DNA of 64,000 bases from Auanema rhodensis (Eukaryota; Animalia; Nematoda), in assembly GCA_964057225.1 (NCBI GenBank), contig OZ059897.1, positions 2,976,001 to 3,040,000 on the forward strand, in the 5' to 3' direction. The notes under the pieces were generated by a model that worked only from the letters and a program-made list of their open reading frames with translations, was not told where the DNA came from and made no database searches. Every line of letters starts with the position of its first letter. The first letter of the stretch is position 1. The position numbers were made by a program, and so were the translations under genes. Below are positions 10,801-25,600 of this stretch, one piece after another.

Positions 10801-12799
10801 TGTCCATCGTATTCGTCTTGAAAAAAAGAATCTAAAAACATCTACTTTTTGTGAAATTATTTAGAAATTTTTCGGGAAAATTTTTGTCACAATGTTTTTG
10901 GAAGCAATGTTGAGTGTACATGGGAACTCAGCATACACTAATGCATTATTTTTCAAACGATCATAACTAATTTTTGTATGGAGCGTTTCTCAATGTAGTA
11001 TAGTGCATTCGATGCGGATTTTTAAGCTGCGTTGATCTGTGTTATCAGATTTGCGCTAGCTTAAAAATGCACCGAGTAATCAACTGATATAGGTTCACAC
11101 TTATATCCTCGATTTTCACCCTGAAGAATTAATTTTTTCGTTGAATAACATTGTCCATCGTCTTTGCCTTGAAAAAAGAAATCTAAAAACTCCTACTTTT
11201 CGTGAAATTATTTAGAAATTTTTCGGGAAAATTTTTGTCACAATGTTTTTGGAAGCAATGTTGAGTGTACATGGGAACTCAGCATACACTAATGCATTAT
11301 TTATCAAACGATCATAACTAATTTTTGTATAGAGCGTTTCTCAATGTAGTATAGTGCATTCGATGCGGATTTTTAAGCTGCGTCGATCTTTGTTATCAGA
11401 TTTGAGTTAGCTTAAAAATGCACCGAGATATCAACTGATATATGTTCACACTTATATCCTCGATTTTCACCCTGAAGAAATGATTTTTTCGTTGAAAAAC
11501 ATTGTCCATCGTATTCGTCTTGAAAAAAAAAATCTAAAAACGTCTACTTTTTGTGAAATTATTCAGAAATTTTTCGGGAAAATTTTTGTCAAAATGTTTT
11601 TGGAAGCAATGTTGAGTGTACATGGGAACTCAACATACACTAATGCATTATTTTTTAAACGATCATAACTAATTTTTGTATGGAGCGTTTCTCAATGTAG
11701 TATAGTGCATTCGATGCGGATTTTTGAGCTGCGTTGATCTGTGTTATCAGATTTGCGCTAGCTTAAAAATGCACCGAGTAATCAACTGATATAGGTTCAC
11801 ACTTATATCCTCGATTTTCACCCTGAAGAATTAATTTTTTCGTTGAATAACATTGTCCATCGTCTTTGCCTTGAGAAAAGAAATCTAAAAACTCCTACTT
11901 TTTGTGAAATTATTTAGAAATTTTTCGGGAAAATTTTTGTCACAATGTTTTTGGAAGCAATGTTGAGTGTACATGGGAACTCAGCATACACTAATGCATT
12001 ATTTTTCAAACGATCATAACTAATTTTTGTATAGAGCGTTTCTCAATGTAGTATAGTGCATTCGATGCGGATTTTTAAGCTGCGTCGATCTGTGTTATCA
12101 GATTTGAGTTAGCTTAAAAATGCACCGAGATATCAACTGATATATGTTCACACTTATATCCTCGATTTTCACCCTGAAGAAATGATTTTTTCGTTGAAAA
12201 ACATTGTCCATCGTATTCGTCTTGAAAAAAAGAATCTAAAAACATCTACTTTTTGTGAAATTATTTAGAAATTTTTCGGGAAAATTTTTGTCACAATGTT
12301 TTTGGAAGCAATGTTGAGTGTACATGGGAACTCAACATACACTAATGCATTATTTTTCAAACGATCATAACTAATTTTTGTATGGAGCGTTTCTCAATGT
12401 AGTATAGTGCATTCGATGCGGATTTTTGAGCTGCGTTGATCTGTGTTATCAGATTTGCGCTAGCTTAAAAATGCACCGAGTAATCAACTGATATAGGTTC
12501 ACACTTATATCCTCGATTTTCACCCTGAAGAATTAATTTTTTCGTTGAATAACATTGTCCATCGTCTTTGCCTTGAGAAAAGAAATCTAAAAACTCCTAC
12601 TTTTTGTGAAATTATTTAGAAATTTTTCGGGAAAATTTTTGTCACAATGTTTTTGGAAGCAATGTTGAGTGTACATGGGAACTCAGCATACACTAATGCA
12701 TTATTTTTCAAACGATCATAACTAATTTTTGTATAGAGCGTTTCTCAATGTAGTATAGTGCATTCGATGCGGATTTTTGAGTTGCGTTGATCTGTGTTA

Positions 12800-15540
12800 T
12801 CAGATTTGCGCTAGCTTAAAAATGCACCGAGTAATCAACTGATATATGTTCACACTTATATCCTCGATTTTCACCCTGAAGAAATGATTTTTTCGTTGAA
12901 AAACATTGTCCATCGTATTCGTCTTGAAAAAAGGAATCTAAAAACATCTACTTTTTGTGAAATTATTTAGAAATTTTTCGGGAAAATTTTTGTCACAATG
13001 TTTTTGGAAGCAATGTTGAGTGTACATGGGAACTCAGCATACACTAATGCATTATTTTTCAAACGATCATAACTAATTCTTGTATAGAGCGTTTCTCAAT
13101 GTAGTATAGTGCATTCGATGCGGATTTTTAAGCTGCGTCGATCTGTGTTATCAGATTTGAGTTAGCTTAAAAATGCACCGAGATATCAACTGATATATGT
13201 TCACACTTATATCCTCGATTTTCACCCTGAAGAAATGATTTTTTCGTTGAAAAACATTGTCCATCGTATTCGTCTTGAAAAAAGGAATCTAAAAACATCT
13301 ACTTTTTGTGAAATTATTTAGAAATTTTTCGGGAAAATTTTTGTCACAATGTTTTTGGAAGCAATGTTGAGTGTACATGGGAACTCAGCATACACTAATG
13401 CATTATTTTTCAAACGATCATAACTAATTTTTGTATAGAGCGTTTCTCAATGTAGTATAGTGCATTCGATGCGGATTTTTAAGCTGCGTCGATCTGTGTT
13501 ATCAGATTTGAGTTAGCTTAAAAATGCACCGAGATATCAACTGATATATGTTCACACTTATATCCTCGATTTTCACCCTGAAGAAATGATTTTTTCGTTG
13601 AAAAACATTGTCCATCGTATTCGTCTTGAAAAAAAGAATCTAAAAACATCTACTTTTTGTGAAATTATTCAGAAATTTTTCGGGAAAATTTTTGTCAAAA
13701 TGTTTTTGGAAGCAATGTTGAGTGTACATGGGAACTCAACATACACTAATGCATTATTTTTCAAACGATCATAACTAATTTTTGTATGGAGCGTTTCTCA
13801 ATGTAGTATAGTGCATTCGATGCGGATTTTTAAGCTGCGTTGATCTGTGTTATCAGATTTGCGCTAGCTTAAAAATGCACCGAGTAATCAACTGATATAG
13901 GTTCACACTTATATCCTCGATTTTCACCCTGAAGAATTAATTTTTTCGTTGAATAACATTGTCCATCGTCTTTGCCTTGAGAAAAGAAATCTAAAAACTC
14001 CTACTTTTTGTGAAATTATTTAGAAATTTTTCGGGAAAATTTTTGTCACAATGTTTTTGGAAGCAATGTTGAGTGTACATGGGAACTCAGCATACACTAA
14101 TGCATTATTTTTCAAACGATCATAACTAATTTTTGTATGGAGCGTTTCTCAATGTAGTATAGTGCATTCGATGCGGATTTTTAAGCTGCGTCGATCTGTG
14201 TTATCAGATTTGAGTTAGCTTAAAAATGCACCGAGATATCAACTGATATATGTTCACACTTATATCCTCGATTTTCACCCTGAAGAAATGATTTTTTCGT
14301 TGAAAAACATTGTCCATCGTATTCGTCTTGAAAAAAGGAATCTAAAAACATCTACTTTTTGTGAAATTATTTAGAAATTTTTCGGGAAAATTTTTGTCAC
14401 AATGTTTTTGGAAGCAATGTTGAGTGTACATGGGAACTCAGCATACACTAATGCATTATTTTTCAAACGATCATAACTAATTCTTGTATAGAGCGTTTCT
14501 CAATGTAGTATAGTGCATTCGATGCGGATTTTTAAGCTGCGTCGATCTGTGTTATCAGATTTGAGTTAGCTTAAAAATGCACCGAGATATCAACTGATAT
14601 ATGTTCACACTTATATCCTCGATTTTCACCCTGAAGAAATGATTTTTTCGTTGAAAAACATTGTCCATCGTATTCGTCTTGAAAAAAGGAATCTAAAAAC
14701 ATCTACTTTTTGTGAAATTATTTAGAAATTTTTCGGGAAAATTTTTGTCACAATGTTTTTGGAAGCAATGTTGAGTGTACATGGGAACTCAGCATACACT
14801 AATGCATTATTTTTCAAACGATCATAACTAATTTTTGTATAGAGCGTTTCTCAATGTAGTATAGTGCATTCGATGCGGATTTTTAAGCTGCGTCGATCTG
14901 TGTTATCAGATTTGAGTTAGCTTAAAAATGCACCGAGATATCAACTGATATATGTTCACACTTATATCCTCGATTTTCACCCTGAAGAAATGATTTTTTC
15001 GTTGAAAAACATTGTCCATCGTATTCGTCTTGAAAAAAAGAATCTAAAAACATCTACTTTTTGTGAAATTATTCAGAAATTTTTCGGGAAAATTTTTGTC
15101 AAAATGTTTTTGGAAGCAATGTTGAGTGTACATGGGAACTCAACATACACTAATGCATTATTTTTCAAACGATCATAACTAATTTTTGTATGGAGCGTTT
15201 CTCAATGTAGTATAGTGCATTCGATGCGGATTTTTAAGCTGCGTTGATCTGTGTTATCAGATTTGCGCTAGCTTAAAAATGCACCGAGTAATCAACTGAT
15301 ATAGGTTCACACTTATATCCTCGATTTTCACCCTGAAGAATTAATTTTTTCGTTGAATAACATTGTCCATCGTCTTTGCCTTGAGAAAAGAAATCTAAAA
15401 ACTCCTACTTTTTGTGAAATTATTTAGAAATTTTTCGGGAAAATTTTTGTCACAATGTTTTTGGAAGCAATGTTGAGTGTACATGGGAACTCAGCATACA
15501 CTAATGCATTATTTTTCAAACGATCATAACTAATTTTTGT
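12800..15540. repeat. 4-monomer (1404 bp) tandem block duplication; boundaries approximate
   Basis: Private variant aattcttgta at ~13079 and ~14483; ORFs 13586/14990 are 1404 apart; monomer-type order is the same. Confidence 0.75.
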
Positions 15541-15639
15541 ATAGAGCGTTTCTCAATGTAGTATAGTGCATTCGATGCGGATTTTTAAGCTGCGTCGATC
15601 AGTGTTATCAGATTTGAGTTAGCTTAAAAATGCACCGAG

Positions 15640-18600
15640 ATATCAACTGATATATGTTCACACTTATATCCTCGATTTTCACCCTGAAGAAATGATTTTT
15701 TCGTTGAAAAACATTGTCCATCGTATTCGTCTTGAAAAAAGGAATCTAAAAACATCTACTTTTTGTGAAATTATTTAGAAATTTTTCGGGAAAATTTTTG
15801 TCAAAATGTTTTTGGAAGCAATGTTGAGTGTACATGGGAACTCAGCATACACTAATGCATTATTTTTCAAACGATCATAACTAATTTTTGTATAGAGCGT
15901 TTCTCAATGTAGTATAGTGCATTCGATGCGGATTTTTAAGCTGCGTCGATCTGTGTTATCAGATTTGAGTTAGCTTAAAAATGCACCGAGATATCAACTG
16001 ATATATGTTCACACTTATATCCTCGATTTTCACCCTGAAGAAATGATTTTTTCGTTGAAAAACATTGTCCATCGTATTCGTCTTGAAAAAAGGAATCTAA
16101 AAACATCTACTTTTTGTGAAATTATTTAGAAATTTTTCGGTAAAATTTTTGTCACAATGTTTTTGGAAGCAATGTTGAGTGTACATGGGAACTCAGCATA
16201 CACTTATGCATTATTTTTCAAACGATCATAACTAATTTTTGTATAGAGCGTTTCTCAATGTAGTATAGTGCATTCGATGCGGATTTTTGAGTTGCGTTGA
16301 TCTGTGTTATCAGATTTGCGCTAGCTTAAAAATGCACCGAGTAATCAACTGATATATGTTCACAGTTATATCCTCGATTTTCACCCTGAAGAAATGATTT
16401 TTTCGTTGAAAAACATTGTCCATCGTATTCGTCTTGAAAAAAGGAATCTAAAAACATCTACTTTTTGTGAAATTATTCAGAAATTTTTCGGGAAAATTTT
16501 TGTCACAATGTTTTTGGAAGCAATGTTGAGTGTACATGGGAACTCAGCATACACTAATGCATTATTTTTCAAACGATCATAACTAATTTTTGTATAGAGC
16601 GTTTCTCAATGTAGTATAGTGCATTCGATGCGGATTTTTAAGCTGCGTCGATCTGTGTTATCAGATTTGAGTTAGCTTAAAAATGCACCGAGATATCAAC
16701 TGATATATGTTCACACTTATATCCTCGATTTTCACCCTGAAGAAATGATTTTTTCGTTGAAAAACATTGTCCATCGTATTCGTCTTGAAAAAAAGAATCT
16801 AAAAACATCTACTTTTTGTGAAATTATTCAGAAATTTTTCGGGAAAATTTTTGTCAAAATGTTTTTGGAAGCAATGTTGAGTGTACATGGGAACTCAACA
16901 TACACTAATGCATTATTTTTCAAACGATCATAACTAATTTTTGTATGGAGCGTTTCTCAATGTAGTATAGTGCATTCGATGCGGATTTTTAAGCTGCGTT
17001 GATCTGTGTTATCAGATTTGCGCTAGCTTAAAAATGCACCGAGTAATCAACTGATATAGGTTCACACTTATATCCTCGATTTTCACCCTGAAGAATTAAT
17101 TTTTTCGTTGAATAACATTGTCCATCGTATTCGTCTTGAAAAAAGGAATCTAAAAACATCTACTTTTTGTGAAATTATTTAGAAATTTTTCGGGAAAATT
17201 TTTGTCACAATGTTTTTGGAAGCAATGTTGAGTGTACATGGGAACTCAGCATACACTAATGCATTATTTTTCAAACGATCATAACTAATTTTTGTATGGA
17301 GCGTTTCTCAATGTAGTATAGTGCATTCGATGCGGATTTTTAAGCTGCGTTGATCTGTGTTATCAGATTTGCGCTAGCTTAAAAATGCACCGAGATATCA
17401 ACTGATATATGTTCACACTTATATCCTCGATTTTCACCCTGAAGAAATGATTTTTTCGTTGAAAAACATTGTCCATCGTATTCGTCTTGAAAAAAGGAAT
17501 CTAAAAACATCTACTTTTTGTGAAATTATTTAGAAATTTTTCGGGAAAATTTTTGTCAAAATGTTTTTGGAAGCAATGTTGAGTGTACATGGGAACTCAG
17601 CATACACTAATGCATTATTTTTCAAACGATCATAACTAATTTTTGTATAGAGCGTTTCTCAATGTAGTATAGTGCATTCGATGCGGATTTTTAAGCTTCG
17701 TCGATCTGTGTTATCAGATTTGAGTTAGCTTAAAAATGCACCGAGATATCAACTGATATATGTTCACACTTATATCCTCGATTTTCACCCTGAAGAAATG
17801 ATTTTTTCGTTGAAAAACATTGTCCATCGTATTCGTCTTGAAAAAAGGAATCTAAAAACATCTACTTTTTGTGAAATTATTTAGAAATTTTTCGGTAAAA
17901 TTTTTGTCACAATGTTTTTGGAAGCAATGTTGAGTGTACATGGGAACTCAGCATACACTAATGCATTATTTTTCAAACGATCATAACTAATTTTTGAATA
18001 GAGCGTTTCTCAATGTAGTATAGTGCATTCGATGCGGATTTTTGAGTTGCGTTGATCTGTGTTATCAGATTTGCGCTAGCTTAAAAATGCACCGAGTAAT
18101 CAACTGATATATGTTCACACTTATATCCTCGATTTTCACCCTGAAGAAATGATTTTTTCGTTGAAAAACATTGTCCATCGTATTCGTCTTGAAAAAAGGA
18201 ATCTAAAAACATCTACTTTTTGTGAAATTATTCAGAAATTTTTCGGGAAAATTTTTGTCACAATGTTTTTGGAAGCAATGTTGAGTGTACATGGGAACTC
18301 AGCATACACTAATGCATTATTTTTCAAACGATCATAACTAATTTTTGTATAGAGCGTTTCTCAATGTAGTATAGTGCATTCGATGCGGATTTTTAAGCTG
18401 CGTCGATCTGTGTTATCAGATTTGAGTTAGCTTAAAAATGCACCGAGATATCAACTGATATATGTTCACACTTATATCCTCGATTTTCACCCTGAAGAAA
18501 TGATTTTTTCGTTGAAAAACATTGTCCATCGTATTCGTCTTGAAAAAAAGAATCTAAAAACATCTACTTTTTGTGAAATTATTCAGAAATTTTTCGGGAA

Positions 18601-19050
18601 AATTTTTGTCAAAATGTTTTTGGAAGCAATGTTGAGTGTACATGGGAACTCAACATACACTAATGCATTATTTTTCAAACGATCATAACTAATTTTTGTA
18701 TGGAGCGTTTCTCAATGTAGTGTAGTGCATTCGATGCGGATTTTTAAGCTGCGTTGATCTGTGTTATCAGATTTGCGCTAGCTTAAAAATGCACCGAGTA
18801 ATCAACTGATATAGGTTCACACTTATATCCTCGATTTTCACCCTGAAGAATTAATTTTTTCGTTGAATAACATTGTCCATCGTATTCGTCTTGAAAAAAG
18901 GAATCTAAAAACATCTACTTTTTGTGAAATTATTTAGAAATTTTTCGGGAAAATTTTTGTCACAATGTTTTTGGAAGCAATGTTGAGTGTACATGGGAAC
19001 TCAGCATACACTAATGCATTATTTTTCAAACGATCATAACTAATTTTTGT
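15640..19050. repeat. 5-monomer (1755 bp) tandem block duplication; boundaries approximate
   Basis: cggTaaa at 16141 and 17896; identical variant ORFs 16394/18149; ORFs 16745/18500; B/A chimeric monomers at 17096/18851. All are offset by 1755. Confidence 0.85.
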
Positions 19051-19669
19051 ATAGAGCGTTTCTCAATGTAGTATAGTGCATTCGATGCGGATTTTTAAGC
19101 TGCGTCGATCTGTGTTATCAGATTTGAGTTAGCTTGAAAATGCACCGAGATATCAACTGATATATGTTCACACTTATATCCTCGATTTTCACCCTGAAGA
19201 AATGATTTTTTCGTTGAAAAACATTGTCCATCGTATTCGTCTTGAAAAAAAGAATCTAAAAACATCTACTTTTTGTGAAATTATTCAGAAATTTTTCGGG
19301 AAAATTTTTGTCAAAATGTTTTTGGAAGCAATGTTGAGTGTACATGGGAACTCAACATACACTAATGCATTATTTTTCAAACGATCATAACTAATTTTTG
19401 TATGGAGCGTTTCTCAATGTAGTATAGTGCATTCGATGCGGATTTTTAAGCTGCGTTGATCTGTGTTATCAGATTTGCGCTAGCTTAAAAATGCACCGAG
19501 TAATCAACTGATATATGTTCACACTTATATCCTCGATTTTCACCCTGAAGAAATGATTTTTTCGTTGAAAAACATTGTCCATCGTATTCGTCTTGAAAAA
19601 AAGAATCTAAAAACATCTACTTTTTGTGAAATTATTCAGAAATTTTTCGGGAAAATTTTTGTCAAAATG

Positions 19670-22600
19670 TTTTTGGAAGCAATGTTGAGTGTACATGGGA
19701 ACTCAGCATACACTAATGCATTATTTTTCAAACGATCATAACTAATTTTTGTATAGAGCGTTTCTCAATGTAGTATAGTGCATTCGATGCGGATTTTTAA
19801 GCTGCGTTGATCTGTGTTATCAGATTTGCGCTAGCTTAAAAATGCACCGAGTAATCAACTGATATAGGTTCACACTTATATCCTCGATTTTCACCCTGAA
19901 GAATTAATTTTTTCGTTGAATAACATTGTCCATCATCTTTGCCTTGAAAAAAGAAATCTAAAAACTCCTACTTTTTGTGAAATTATTTAGAAATTTTTCG
20001 GGAAAATTTTTGTCACAATGTTTTTGGAAGCAATGTTGAGTGTACATGGGAACTCAGCATACACTAATGCATTATTTTTCAAACGATCATAACTAATTTT
20101 TGTATGGAGCGTTTCTCAATGTAGTATAGTGCATTCGATGCGGATTTTTAAGCTGCGTTGATCTGTGTTATCAGATTTGCGCTAGCTTAAAAATGCACCG
20201 AGTAATCAACTGATATAGGTTCACACTTATATCCTCGATTTTCACCCTGAAGAATTAATTTTTTCGTTGAATAACATTGTCCATCGTATTCGTCTTGAAA
20301 AAAGGAATCTAAAAACATCTACTTTTTGTGAAATTATTTAGAAATTTTTCGGGAAAATTTTTGTCACAATGTTTTTGGAAGCAATGTTGAGTGTACATGG
20401 GAACTCAGCATACACTAATGCATTATTTTTCAAACGATCATAACTAATTTTTGTATAGAGCGTTTCTCAATGTAGTATAGTGCATTCGATGCGGATTTTT
20501 AAGCTGCGTCGATCTGTGTTATCAGATTTGAGTTAGCTTAAAAATGCACCGAGATATCAACTGATATATGTTCACACTTATATCCTCGATTTTCACCCTG
20601 AAGAAATGATTTTTTCGTTGAAAAACATTGTCCATCGTATTCGTCTTGAAAAAAAGAATCTAAAAACATCTACTTTTTGTGAAATTATTTAGAAATTTTT
20701 CGGGAAAATTTTTGTCACAATGTTTTTGGAAGCAATGTTGAGTGTACATGGGAACTCAACATACACTAATGCATTATTTTTCAAACGATCATAACTAATT
20801 TTTGTATAGAGCGTTTCTCAATGTAGTATAGTGCATTCGATGCGGATTTTTAAGCTGCGTTGATCTGTGTTATCAGATTTGCGCTAGCTTAAAAATGCAC
20901 CGAGTAATGAACTGATATAGGTTCACACTTATATCCTCGATTTTCACCCTGAAGAAATGATTTTTTCGTTGAAAAACATTGTCCATCGTATTCGTCTTGA
21001 AAAAAAGAATCTAAAAACATCTACTTTTTGTGAAATTATTTAGAAATTTTTCGGGAAAATTTTTGTCACAATGTTTTTGGAAGCAATGTTGAGTGTACAT
21101 GGGAACTCAACATACACTAATGCATTATTTTTCAAACGATCATAACTAATTTTTGTATGGAGCGTTTCTCAATGTAGTATAGTGCATTCGATGCGGATTT
21201 TTAAGCTGCGTTGATCTGTGTTATCAGATTTGCGCTAGCTTAAAAATGCACCGAGTAATGAACTGATATAGGTTCACACTTATATCCTCGATTTTCACCC
21301 TGAAGAAATGATTTTTTCGTTGAAAAACATTGTCCATCGTATTCGTCTTGAAAAAAAGAATCTAAAAACATCTACTTTTTGTGAAATTATTCAGAAATTT
21401 TTCGGGAAAATTATTGTCAAAATGTTTTTGGAAGCAATGTTGAGTGTATATGGGAACTCAACATACACTAATGCATTATTTTTCAAACGATCATAACTAA
21501 TTTTTGTATGGAGCGTTTCTCAATGTAGTATAGTGCATTCGATGCGGATTTTTAAGCTGCGTTGATCTGTGTTATCAGATTTGCGCTAGCTTAAAAATGC
21601 ACCGAGTAATCAACTGATATAGGTTCACACTTATATCCTCGATTTTCACCCTGAAGAATTAATTTTTTCGTTGAATAACATTGTCCATCGTCTTTGCCTT
21701 GAGAAAAGAAATCTAAAAACTCCTACTTTTTGTGAAATTATTTAGAAATTTTTCGGGAAAATTTTTGTCACAATGTTTTTGGAAGCAATGTTGAGTGTAC
21801 ATGGGAACTCAGCATACACTAATGCATTATTTTTCAAACGATCATAACTAATTTTTGTATAGAGCGTTTCTCAATGTAGTATAGTGCATTCGATGCGGAT
21901 TTTTAAGCTGCGTCGATCTGTGTTATCAGATTTGAGTTAGCTTGAAAATGCACCGAGATATCAACTGATATATGTTCACACTTATATCCTCGATTTTCAC
22001 CCTGAAGAAATGATTTTTTCGTTGAAAAACATTGTCCATCGTATTCGTCTTGAAAAAAGGAATCTAAAAACATCCACTTTTTGTGAAATTATTTAGAAAT
22101 TTTTCGGGAAAATTTTTGTCACAATGTTTTTGGAAGCAATGTTGAGTGTACATGGGAACTCAGCATACACTAATGCATTATTTTTCAAACGATCATAACT
22201 AATTTTTGTATAGAGCGTTTCTCAATGTAGTATAGTGCATTCGATGCGGATTTTTAAGCTGCGTCGATCTGTGTTATCAGATTTGAGTTAGCTTAAAAAT
22301 GCACCGAGATATCAACTGATATATGTTCACACTTATATCCTCGATTTTCACCCTGAAGAAATGATTTTTTCGTTGAAAAACATTGTCCATCGTATTCGTC
22401 TTGAAAAAAAGAATCTAAAAACATCTACTTTTTGTGAAATTATTCAGAAATTTTTCGGGAAAATTTTTGTCAAAATGTTTTTGGAAGCAATGTTGAGTGT
22501 ACATGGGAACTCAACATACACTAATGCATTATTTTTCAAACGATCATAACTAATTTTTGTATGGAGCGTTTCTCAATGTAGTATAGTGCATTCGATGCGG

Positions 22601-25600
22601 ATTTTTGAGCTGCGTTGATCTGTGTTATCAGATTTGCGCTAGCTTAAAAATGCACCGAGTAATCAACTGATATAGGTTCACACTTATATCCTCGATTTTC
22701 ACCCTGAAGAAATGATTTTTTCGTTGAAAAACATTGTCCATCGTATTCGTCTTGAAAAAAAGAATCTAAAAACATCTACTTTTTGTGAAATTATTCAGAA
22801 ATTTTTCGGGAAAATTTTTGTCAAAATGTTTTTGGAAGCAATGTTGAGTGTACATGGGAACTCAACATACACTAATGCATTATTTTTCAAACGATCATAA
22901 CTAATTTTTGTATGGAGCGTTTCTCAATGTAGTATAGTGCATTCGATGCGGATTTTTGAGCTGCGTTGATCTGTGTTATCAGATTTGCGCTAGCTTTAAA
23001 ATGCACCGAGTAATCAACTGATATAGGTTCACACTTATATCCTCGATTTTCACCCTGAAGAATTAATTTTTTCGTTGAATAACATTGTCCATCGTCTTTG
23101 CCTTGAGAAAAGAAATCTAAAAACTCCTACTTTTTGTGAAATTATTTAGAAATTTTTCGGGAAAATTTTTGTCACAATGTTTTTGGAAGCAATGTTGAGT
23201 GTACATGGGAACTCAACATACACTAATGCATTATTTTTCAAACGATCATAACTAATTTTTGTATGGAGCGTTTCTCAATGTAGTATAGTGCATTCGATGC
23301 GGATTTTTAAGCTGCGTTGATCTGTGTTATCAGATTTGCGCTAGCTTAAAAATGCACCGAGTAATCAACTGATATAGGTTCACACTTATATCCTCGATTT
23401 TCACCCTGAAGAATTAATTTTTTCGTTGAATAACATTGTCCATCGTCTTTGCCTTGAGAAAAGAAATCTAAAAACTCCTACTTTTTGTGAAATTATTTAG
23501 AAATTTTTCGGGAAAATTTTTGTCACAATGTTTTTGGAAGCAATGTTGAGTGTACATGGGAACTCAGCATACACTAATGCATTATTTTTCAAACGATCAT
23601 AACTAATTTTTGTATAGAGCGTTTCTCAATGTAGTATAGTGCATTTGATGCGGATTTTTAAGCTGCGTCGATCTGTGTTATCAGATTTGAGTTAGCTTAA
23701 AAATGCACCGAGATATCAACTGATATATGTTCACACTTATATCCTCGATTTTCACCCTGAAGAAATGATTTTTTCGTTGAAAAACATTGTCCATCGTATT
23801 CGTCTTGAAAAAAAGAATCTAAAAACATCTACTTTTTGTGAAATTATTCAGAAATTTTTCGGGAAAATTTTTGTCAAAATGTTTTTGGAAGCAATGTTGA
23901 GTGTACATGGGAACTCAACATACACTAATGCATTATTTTTCAAACGATCATAACTAATTTTTGTATGGAGCGTTTCTCAATGTAGTATAGTGCATTCGAT
24001 GCGGATTTTTAAGCTGCGTTGATCTGTGTTATCAGATTTGCGCTAGCTTAAAAATGCACCGAGTAATCAACTGATATAGGTTCACACTTATATCCTCGAT
24101 TTTCACCCTGAAGAATTAATTTTTTCGTTGAATAACATTGTCCATCGTATTCGTCTTGAAAAAAGGAATCTAAAAACATCTACTTTTTGTGAAATTATTT
24201 AGAAATTTTTCGGGAAAATTTTTGTCACAATGTTTTTGGAAGCAATGTTGAGTGTACATGGGAACTCAGCATACACTAATGCATTATTTTTCAAACGATC
24301 ATAACTAATTTTTGTATAGAGCGTTTCTCAATGTAGTATAGTGCATTCGATGCGGATTTTTAAGCTGCGTTGATCTGTGTTATCAGATTTGCGCTAGCTT
24401 AAAAATGCACCGAGTAATCAACTGATATAGGTTCACACTTATATCCTCGATTTTCACCCTGAAGAATTAATTTTTTCGTTGAATAACATTGTCCATCATC
24501 TTTGCCTTGAAAAAAGAAATCTAAAAACTCCTACTTTTTGTGAAATTATTTAGAAATTTTTCGGGAAAATTTTTGTCACAATGTTTTTGGAAGCAATGTT
24601 GAGTGTACATGGGAACTCAGCATACACTAATGCATTATTTTTCAAACGATCATAACTAATTTTTGTATGGAGCGTTTCTCAATGTAGTATAGTGCATTCG
24701 ATGCGGATTTTTAAGCTGCGTTGATCTGTGTTATCAGATTTGCGCTAGCTTAAAAATGCACCGAGTAATCAACTGATATAGGTTCACACTTATATCCTCG
24801 ATTTTCACCCTGAAGAATTAATTTTTTCGTTGAATAACATTGTCCATCGTATTCGTCTTGAAAAAAGGAATCTAAAAACATCTACTTTTTGTGAAATTAT
24901 TTAGAAATTTTTCGGGAAAATTTTTGTCACAATGTTTTTGGAAGCAATGTTGAGTGTACATGGGAACTCAGCATACACTAATGCATTATTTTTCAAACGA
25001 TCATAACTAATTTTTGTATAGAGCGTTTCTCAATGTAGTATAGTGCATTCGATGCGGATTTTTAAGCTGCGTCGATCTGTGTTATCAGATTTGAGTTAGC
25101 TTAAAAATGCACCGAGATATCAACTGATATATGTTCACACTTATATCCTCGATTTTCACCCTGAAGAAATGATTTTTTCGTTGAAAAACATTGTCCATCG
25201 TATTCGTCTTGAAAAAAAGAATCTAAAAACATCTACTTTTTGTGAAATTATTCAGAAATTTTTCGGGAAAATTTTTGTCAAAATGTTTTTGGAAGCAATG
25301 TTGAGTGTACATGGGAACTCAACATACACTAATGCATTATTTTTCAAACGATCATAACTAATTTTTGTATGGAGCGTTTCTCAATGTAGTATAGTGCATT
25401 CGATGCGGATTTTTAAGCTGCGTTGATCTGTGTTATCAGATTTGCGCTAGCTTAAAAATGCACCGAGTAATGAACTGATATAGGTTCACACTTATATCCT
25501 CGATTTTCACCCTGAAGAAATGATTTTTTCGTTGAAAAACATTGTCCATCGTATTCGTCTTGAAAAAAAGAATCTAAAAACATCTACTTTTTGTGAAATT

